Part shown: positions 57,868 through 64,000 of the stretch, piece after piece | Position numbering within the stretch: the first letter of the stretch is position 1 | Layout of the letters: each line of letters starts with the position of its first letter | Assembly (NCBI GenBank): GCA_050177605.1 | Contig: JBFXGX010000002.1 | Location: forward strand, 64,001 to 128,000 | Direction: 5' to 3' | DNA: 64,000 bases | Source of the DNA: Candidatus Izemoplasmatales bacterium | GTDB lineage: Bacteria; Bacillota_I; Bacilli_A; Izemoplasmatales; Hujiaoplasmataceae | Program-made: the position numbers and the translations under genes | Notes under the pieces: generated by a model | The model's input: the letters and a program-made list of their open reading frames with translations, nothing else | What the model was told of the DNA's origin: nothing | The model's database searches: none

Positions 57868-58770
57868 ATGGCACAGTATATATACGGATTACTACATGGC
57901 GTAGATGAAAAATCACGAATTATAGCGATGAAAGACAAACAAAAAGTATCTTTTTATTATATGGCAAAAGGACTATTCCAAAGTTTTATGCAATATTTTC
58001 AAGAAGGTATCTACGTGTTTCTATACGTAAGTGAGGACACAAAAAAATATAAAGGGTATACCGTTAAAACGGTTGTAAGCATTGAAAAAGTGTTATCGCC
58101 AAATAAACAAAATCCAACCGTTTATTATGATATATCGATTATTAAGTCCGGCATTTCATCGATTGTGAATCAGCCGAAATATAAATGTTTCTTAGATTTT
58201 GAAATGTCAATGCCACCTTATAAAAACTACGAAACGTTTATTTCCGAGATTATTCAAGTTGGTCTTGTATTAACGGATAATGATGGATTGATAATTGATG
58301 AAGTCAATCATTTCATCCAACCCGTTTTATTCAAAGATATCTCTGAAAGAACAAAACGATTCTTATCAATCAATCAAGAGGATATCAATCAGGGAATTAC
58401 TTACGCTGAATTTTATTCCTATTTTCAAAAGATCCTTAAAGAGTATAAGCCGATGGTTCTTGTTTGGGGTCAAAATGATCAAATTGAATTAAGAAAAATG
58501 AATAAGATTCACAATCTTCCAGACTATACCTCCAAAACACAGTTTGTTGATTTGCTAAAGCTTCATAAAACGTATTACGGATTAAAAAATGATTTAGGAT
58601 TATTTAATGCGTATAACCTATATAAAGAGGTTGATTTGACAAAACAGATGCATAATGCGCTCGAAGACGCCTATGTAACGAAAGAAGTATTTTTCTCGTT
58701 TAGAGATGTATGTAATGGATTAAAACAAGTAGAATTAAACAATACAATTGAAAAAGCGAACGAAGTGTAG
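57868..58770 (+). CDS. DEDDh 3'-5' exonuclease (KapD/ERI-like) with extra N-terminal domain
   Basis: LDFEM (ExoI), EIIQVG, WGQND (ExoII), HNALEDA (ExoIII). Confidence 0.85.
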   Translation: MAQYIYGLLHGVDEKSRIIAMKDKQKVSFYYMAKGLFQSFMQYFQEGIYVFLYVSEDTKKYKGYTVKTVVSIEKVLSPNKQNPTVYYDISIIKSGISSIVNQPKYKCFLDFEMSMPPYKNYETFISEIIQVGLVLTDNDGLIIDEVNHFIQPVLFKDISERTKRFLSINQEDINQGITYAEFYSYFQKILKEYKPMVLVWGQNDQIELRKMNKIHNLPDYTSKTQFVDLLKLHKTYYGLKNDLGLFNAYNLYKEVDLTKQMHNALEDAYVTKEVFFSFRDVCNGLKQVELNNTIEKANEV

Positions 58771-58788
58771 ACTCGTTCGCTTTCTTTT
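58751..58788. terminator. Bidirectional terminator between convergent genes
   Basis: AAAAAGCGAACGA...TCGTTCGCTTTCTTTT, overlapping the exonuclease stop codon. Confidence 0.8.
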
Positions 58789-58801
58789 ATTTGTACGAAT
58801 T

Positions 58802-60481
58802 TTATAATACCATAATCACTGGCATAATCATTGGATCTCTAGATGTTTTCTGATGAATATATTTACCAATGGTTTTTGTTAAATCGTTCTTCATTCCATT
58901 GATATTTAGTTTCTTACCAACATTTAAATATTTATCTGTAACATCAAGCGCAATCTCTTGAAGATCTTTAATCATTTGCTCGTTGTCTTTCATAAAGATA
59001 AATCCTTTAGATATGATGGTAGGTGTACAGATCACTTCTTTTCGGATTTGATTAATCGTCATTACAACGCTTAACAACCCATCTTCAGAAAGGTCACGAC
59101 GGTCTTTAATGACTTGTGAACCAATCTCACCAATGGCAGAACCATCGACATAAACATCTGCAGTTTGGACTTTGCCACTGATATGTGCTTCTTTATCTGA
59201 AATAGCTAAGATTTGACCATTATCAAGAATAAATGTATTCTCAGGCTTCACACCTGTGTCGATGCCAAGTTTAGCATGGGTTTTTAACATTCTAAACTCA
59301 CCGTGTATAGGCATAAAGTATTTTGGTCTCATCAGTTTTAACATTAACTTTAATTCGTTTTGTCCACCATGACCTGATGCGTGAACATCGGCGAATGGCG
59401 ACTGAGTTACTACATTCGCGCCATTTTTGTATAATAAGTTAATTGTTTTATTCACACTTTCTTGATTACCAGGAATAGGTGAACTGGATAAAATAACAGT
59501 ATCGCCAGGAATTAATGAGATTTGTTTGTGTGTGCCTGAAGCAATACGTGTTAACGCAGCCATCGGTTCTCCTTGAGAACCAGTACATAGAATGGTTAAA
59601 TTATTGCTTTTCATTCCCACCAAATTTTTTGAATATAGGAAGGTTCCATCTGGCGCTTTAATATATCCGAGTTTGAGCCCTACTTCAATATTCTTTTCCA
59701 TGCTTCGTCCGAAGACTGCTATTTTTCGATTCGTTTTGACTGAAGCCTCGACGATTTGTTGAACACGATGGACGTTGGAAGCGAAAGTAGCGATAATAAT
59801 TCGACCACTAACTGAACTAAATAAGTCTTTAATGGTTTCTGCGACTACCATCTCAGAAGTCGTAAAATCTTCAAGTTCAGCGTTGGTTGAATCAGACAAT
59901 AAACAAAGAACGCCTTCTGCACCAATCGAAGCCATTTTCTGATAATTTGCATCGGTGCCAGTTGGTGAAAAATCAAACTTAAAATCGCCGGTGTGTACAA
60001 TAACACCGACTGGTGTTTTCATTCGAATTCCAAAGGAATCAGGAATGGAATGATTTGTTCTAAAAAATGTTACTTGGATTTCTCCAAGTTGTAAAATGGA
60101 AGTTTCTTTATACTCTTGTAGATTAGCTGATAAACCAGGATGGTCTTCAAGTTTATTCTTAATTAAGCCAACACTTAATCCAGAGGCGTAAATAACTGGA
60201 ATCTTGACTTGTTTAAGTAAAAATGGGATCGCTCCAATATGATCCTCATGCCCATGGCTAATAACCAAGGCCTTGATTTTATCTTGATTTTCTATAAGAT
60301 ATGTATAATCTGGAATGACGTAATCAATCCCCATCAAATATTCATCAGGGAAAATGAGTCCGGAATCGATGATAATGAGACTTTCACCATATTCCACACA
60401 ATACATGTTCTTTCCGACTTCACCTAATCCACCAAGTGCAAAAATCCCGACTTCCCCAGATTGAATAAATTGATTTTGCAT
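58802..60481 (-). CDS. rnj: Ribonuclease J
   Basis: GGLGEVGKN, HGHEDHIG, HSIPD, TGDFK, HASGH, PIHGE. Confidence 0.97.
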   Translation of the reverse strand: MQNQFIQSGEVGIFALGGLGEVGKNMYCVEYGESLIIIDSGLIFPDEYLMGIDYVIPDYTYLIENQDKIKALVISHGHEDHIGAIPFLLKQVKIPVIYASGLSVGLIKNKLEDHPGLSANLQEYKETSILQLGEIQVTFFRTNHSIPDSFGIRMKTPVGVIVHTGDFKFDFSPTGTDANYQKMASIGAEGVLCLLSDSTNAELEDFTTSEMVVAETIKDLFSSVSGRIIIATFASNVHRVQQIVEASVKTNRKIAVFGRSMEKNIEVGLKLGYIKAPDGTFLYSKNLVGMKSNNLTILCTGSQGEPMAALTRIASGTHKQISLIPGDTVILSSSPIPGNQESVNKTINLLYKNGANVVTQSPFADVHASGHGGQNELKLMLKLMRPKYFMPIHGEFRMLKTHAKLGIDTGVKPENTFILDNGQILAISDKEAHISGKVQTADVYVDGSAIGEIGSQVIKDRRDLSEDGLLSVVMTINQIRKEVICTPTIISKGFIFMKDNEQMIKDLQEIALDVTDKYLNVGKKLNINGMKNDLTKTIGKYIHQKTSRDPMIMPVIMVL

Positions 60482-60533
60482 GGGTGAATAATCCTTTCTG
60501 TTTAGACTATGAATTGGTATAAATCTTTATTCT

Positions 60534-60610
60534 ATTATACCTAATAGAATTCATTTATGCAATCATTCAAGCCTAAATGTATTGATTTTTTCATAAATTA
60601 AATGTAAAAT
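60534..60610. promoter_or_regulatory. Divergent promoters for rnj and tRNA-Leu
   Basis: Minus strand: TTGCAT(60562-60557)-17-TATAAT(60539-60534); plus strand: TTGATT(60582)-17-TAAAAT(60605). Confidence 0.7.
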
Positions 60611-60618
60611 AGGGCTAT

Positions 60619-60705
60619 GCCCGAGTGGCGGAATAGGTAGACGCGCTGGACTTAAAATCCAGTGTCAGCAATGACGTGCCGGTTCAAGTCCGGCCTCGGG
60701 TACCA
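60619..60705 (+). tRNA. tRNA-Leu(TAA)
   Basis: Acceptor stem GCCCGAG/CTCGGGT, anticodon arm CTGGA-CTTAAAA-TCCAG, long variable arm, GGTTCAAGTCC T-loop, encoded CCA. Confidence 0.97.
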
Positions 60706-60726
60706 CTACTTCGTTTATGAGTGAAG

Positions 60727-60757
60727 AAACTAGACCTCGGATTGTCTAGTTTTTTTT
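60727..60757 (+). terminator. Terminator after tRNA
   Basis: AAACTAGAC...GTCTAGTTTTTTTT. Confidence 0.8.
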
Positions 60758-60775
60758 GAAAAAGGAGGAATAAAG

Positions 60776-61141
60776 ATGCCTAGTTCATTAGCGTTAATAG
60801 ACTTTTTAATCTTCTTTTTTGCTTTTCTATTTTTGTTTTCAATTCTTGCGGTTATTGCGGCAATATGGATGATGAAGCATAATATCAAAATAAGAAAGTA
60901 TATTCATGAAAATACGGAAATAGCTTATCTTGAAGATAAGTTCGAAGATCATAAACAATATTTTTTATCGATTCGGTTGAGAAACAGTCAGTTAGTTAAA
61001 ATAAAGGTAAATAAATATTGCTTTTTACATGTTGTGCCAATGAATGAAATGAAAGTATCCATACTTGACGACAAACTTCTCTTTTATGAACAAAATGTTG
61101 TTTTACCAGATGATTTGGATACAGATGAAGAATTGTTATAA
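60776..61141 (+). CDS. Hypothetical single-pass membrane protein
   Basis: AAGGAGG RBS, hydrophobic N-terminal helix, small beta-rich domain. Confidence 0.7.
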   Translation: MPSSLALIDFLIFFFAFLFLFSILAVIAAIWMMKHNIKIRKYIHENTEIAYLEDKFEDHKQYFLSIRLRNSQLVKIKVNKYCFLHVVPMNEMKVSILDDKLLFYEQNVVLPDDLDTDEELL

Positions 61142-61168
61142 GTAGCACTGAAGAAAGGAAGTGAACGT

Positions 61169-63517
61169 ATGATAGCGAAAGTATTAGTCGACGTAAGTGC
61201 AAAACAAGTCGATCGTTTATTTGATTATGTCATACCTTCATGGATTGAACCTCTTCTAGAACGCGGAATGAGAGTTACTGTACAGTTTGGACATCGAACT
61301 GTGATGGGCTTTGTCCTCGAGATAACTGAAAATTCTGAAGAGTCACCAGATAAGTTAAAACCAATTTTATCAATCCTTGATTTTGAGCCAATGATTACTG
61401 ATGAATTAATTGAACTTGCTTATGGGATGCAAGGAAGTACGGCTTCTACACTTATCAAAATCATCGAAACGATGATACCTTCTGCTTTAAAAGCAGTCTA
61501 TAAAATATCCTTTCAAGTGCTTGATGAATCAAAGCTTCCTCAAGCGTTTAAAGAGCAATTACTTGGGAAACCTACTTTTGAATACACCAAAGTGTGGGAG
61601 CCCTATTCAAAAGAAATTAAGAGATTAATTAAAGAAAATGTCATTAAACAAAATTATGATATTGTCTCTAGAAGCAATATTATTACTAAAAAATACGTCA
61701 AACTTCTAAATCCAGTTGGAGAGTTCAAAAACGATAAACAACGAAAAATTATTTCGTATTTATCAAATACGGACGAAGATATATCTGTGAAATCTTTGAT
61801 TGAAAAGTTGGATGTTTCACTTTCTATTTTGCGTACTTTAGAGAAGTATGAAAATATCGAAATTTATGACAAAGAAGAGTACCGAGAAATTAAATATGTG
61901 ATGCCACCAAAGAAGAAGGAAATTATCCTGAATGAAGAACAAAACGTGGCATACCAGAAAATAATTGATTCACTACATCAGTCGCAAACATTTTTACTCC
62001 ATGGAGTCACTGGATCAGGAAAAACAGAAATCTATATTAAGGTGATAGAAAAGGTACTCGAAGAAGGCAATGAAGCACTTTTCTTAGTCCCAGAGATTGC
62101 ATTAACGCCGATGATGGTTTCTCGTTTTGAAGCACATTTTAAAGGACAGATAGCTGTTTTACATAGTGGTCTTTCGATTGGTGAGAAGTATGATGAATGG
62201 AGAAAAATTATTCGTTCAGAAGTTTCCATTGTTATTGGCGCAAGAAGTGCATGTTTCGCACCATTAAAGAAGCTCGCAGTGATGATAGTCGATGAAGCTC
62301 ACGAAAGCACCTATAAACAAGATGAAATGCCAAGTTATTATGCGATTGATGTGCTTGAACAACGATCAAAGCAACTTCATGTTCCACTAGTCCTTGGCTC
62401 TGCAACGCCTAATATCGAATCCTATGCAAGGTATAAACGTGGTTATTATGAATTACTTGAATTAAAAAAGAGAGCACTCAACTCGTTTGAACCAGATATC
62501 GAAATAATCGATATGAGACAAGAGTTCAAAAAAGGTACCAAAGGTCTTTTTTCTGAAAGACTTCTGGATGAAATTAAAATCAGGCTTAATAAAAAGGAAC
62601 AAGTTATTTTACTCTTGAATCGTAGAGGATATTCAAGTTTCTTAATGTGTAGAACATGTGGACATGTCATAACTTGTCCAAATTGTGATATTTCTTTAGT
62701 TCATCATGATACCGACCACACCTTAAAATGTCATTATTGTGGTCATAAAGAAGCTATACCAGAAAAGTGTCCTAAATGCGAAAGCACTGATTTGGTATAT
62801 TATGGAAGTGGAACACAAAAAGCATCGATTGAGTTGCAGACACATTTTCCTCAAGCGCACATTGTACGGATGGATAACGATACGACAAGAACGAAAAATG
62901 CTCATGAATTACTACTCCATGAGTTTGAAGAAAAAGGAGATATCTTACTAGGTACGCAAATGATTGCGAAAGGCTTAGATTTTCCAAAAGTGACACTTGT
63001 TGGCATCTTACAAGCCGATGGTAATCTCTATTCTCCAGATTTTAGAGCACCTGAAAAAACATTTCAACTCATCATGCAAGTATCCGGTAGATCGGGAAGA
63101 CATGACCTCAAAGGAAAGGTTATTGTCGAAGCCTTTAATCCAGAACATTATGCTTTGCATTACGCAGTAATGTCAGATTATAACTCCTTTTATGAATATG
63201 AAATGAGACTCCGTAAAATCTCCAGATATAGCCCTTTCTACTTTATTAATAAAATAACTTTACAAGGCGAAAATGTAAGGGATGTATTCGTAAGAGGATA
63301 TGAGATTGTCAAAAACTTACGGGCTGAATTATCGAGTGAAGCAATTATTTTAGGACCAACATTACCGATTGTTTCACGAATCAAAGGGAAGTACCGGGCA
63401 GAAATATTGATCAAATATCGACAAGAGAAAATGATTGTCAGCGCCCTCAAACAAATCAAAGAAACCTATGAGACAGATCAAATCTATATTGCCATTGATA
63501 TGTTTCCAGTAGTATAG
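61169..63517 (+). CDS. priA: Primosomal protein N'
   Basis: GVTGSGKT, DEAH, four CxxC zinc motifs, GTQMIAKGLDF. Confidence 0.98.
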   Translation: MIAKVLVDVSAKQVDRLFDYVIPSWIEPLLERGMRVTVQFGHRTVMGFVLEITENSEESPDKLKPILSILDFEPMITDELIELAYGMQGSTASTLIKIIETMIPSALKAVYKISFQVLDESKLPQAFKEQLLGKPTFEYTKVWEPYSKEIKRLIKENVIKQNYDIVSRSNIITKKYVKLLNPVGEFKNDKQRKIISYLSNTDEDISVKSLIEKLDVSLSILRTLEKYENIEIYDKEEYREIKYVMPPKKKEIILNEEQNVAYQKIIDSLHQSQTFLLHGVTGSGKTEIYIKVIEKVLEEGNEALFLVPEIALTPMMVSRFEAHFKGQIAVLHSGLSIGEKYDEWRKIIRSEVSIVIGARSACFAPLKKLAVMIVDEAHESTYKQDEMPSYYAIDVLEQRSKQLHVPLVLGSATPNIESYARYKRGYYELLELKKRALNSFEPDIEIIDMRQEFKKGTKGLFSERLLDEIKIRLNKKEQVILLLNRRGYSSFLMCRTCGHVITCPNCDISLVHHDTDHTLKCHYCGHKEAIPEKCPKCESTDLVYYGSGTQKASIELQTHFPQAHIVRMDNDTTRTKNAHELLLHEFEEKGDILLGTQMIAKGLDFPKVTLVGILQADGNLYSPDFRAPEKTFQLIMQVSGRSGRHDLKGKVIVEAFNPEHYALHYAVMSDYNSFYEYEMRLRKISRYSPFYFINKITLQGENVRDVFVRGYEIVKNLRAELSSEAIILGPTLPIVSRIKGKYRAEILIKYRQEKMIVSALKQIKETYETDQIYIAIDMFPVV

Positions 63518-63533
63518 CAAGGAGTGATTTAGG

Positions 63534-64000
63534 ATGAAAGTAGTATTTATGGGAACGATGAATTTTGCCGTTCCAGTATTACAAGGATTAAGTGAATTGT
63601 ATCAAGTGAGTTTAGTCGTAACACAACCCGATCGGCCATTTGGAAGAAAGAAAGTATTGAAACCTACACCAGTCAAAGAAAAAGCAATGGAACTCGGAAT
63701 ACCTCTTTTTCAACCAGAATCCATACGAAAAGAATATCAACGTGTTTTAGATGAAGAAGCTGACGTAATCATCGTTGCTGCCTATGGGCAAATGATACCA
63801 AGTATTATTCTTACAACACCGAAATATCGCTGTATCAATGTCCATGCATCGCTTTTACCAAAACTAAGGGGCGGTGCACCGATGCATAAAGCAATCCAGA
63901 GAGGATTCAAGGAAACCGGTGTGACGATAATGTATATGGCGGATAAAATGGACTCCGGAGAGATTTTATCCCAAGAAGCACTACCGATTTTGGATAGTGA
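63534..64000 (+). CDS. fmt: Methionyl-tRNA formyltransferase (3'-truncated by window)
   Basis: Translated by hand: [37 protein letters not shown]. Confidence 0.95.
   Translation, partial: MKVVFMGTMNFAVPVLQGLSELYQVSLVVTQPDRPFGRKKVLKPTPVKEKAMELGIPLFQPESIRKEYQRVLDEEADVIIVAAYGQMIPSIILTTPKYRCINVHASLLPKLRGGAPMHKAIQRGFKETGVTIMYMADKMDSGEILSQEALPILDS

Noticed and set aside
60619..61141. tRNA-Leu as an integration site for an island
   Set aside because: No integrase, no duplicated tRNA 3' end noticed, and the flanks are housekeeping genes.
434..63459. Many 60-125-aa ORFs overlapping longer genes (e.g. 35257-35622, 30840-31214)
   Set aside because: They overlap well-supported genes in other frames or strands and have no recognisable motifs.
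63518..63533. Missing def between priA and fmt
   Set aside because: Gene-order variation here is common and def may lie elsewhere; no remnant is visible in the 16-nt gap.

Overview
A low-GC, mostly chromosomal window from a Bacilli-derived bacterium. The gene set, the abundance of lipoproteins and the use of TGA as a stop codon (code 11) suggest an Acholeplasmatales/Izemoplasmatales-like, probably wall-less organism; this taxonomy is inferred, not shown. In order, the window contains a partial MgtC gene, sufCDSUB, and a c-di-AMP receptor (DarA). Next is a ~26 kb beta-1,3/1,6-glucan utilisation locus (5.6-31.5 kb) with a GH94 laminaribiose-phosphorylase-like enzyme, 2x GH16, 2x GH30, GH5 and 2x GH3. 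The locus also encodes an elaborate ABC import machine: two binding proteins, four permeases, an NHL-TPR-Yip1 membrane protein and a DUF5696-like secreted protein. A palindromic operator is repeated at four of its promoters. After it come a VTC-domain/DUF4956 pair, PucR-type HTH + MsmX ATPase, a ComK-like gene, pgk-XRE/cupin-HPr-tpiA, rpsD with its leader, fRMsr, thiI, GNAT, pepF and a beta-propeller lipoprotein. These are followed by a 1726-aa internally triplicated orphan lipoprotein, TrmH, GNAT, the rimP-nusA-infB-rbfA operon, uvrC, a DEDDh exonuclease, RNase J, tRNA-Leu(TAA), priA and partial fmt. No mobile elements or CRISPR arrays were seen. All family calls come from motif recognition by eye, not from database searches.
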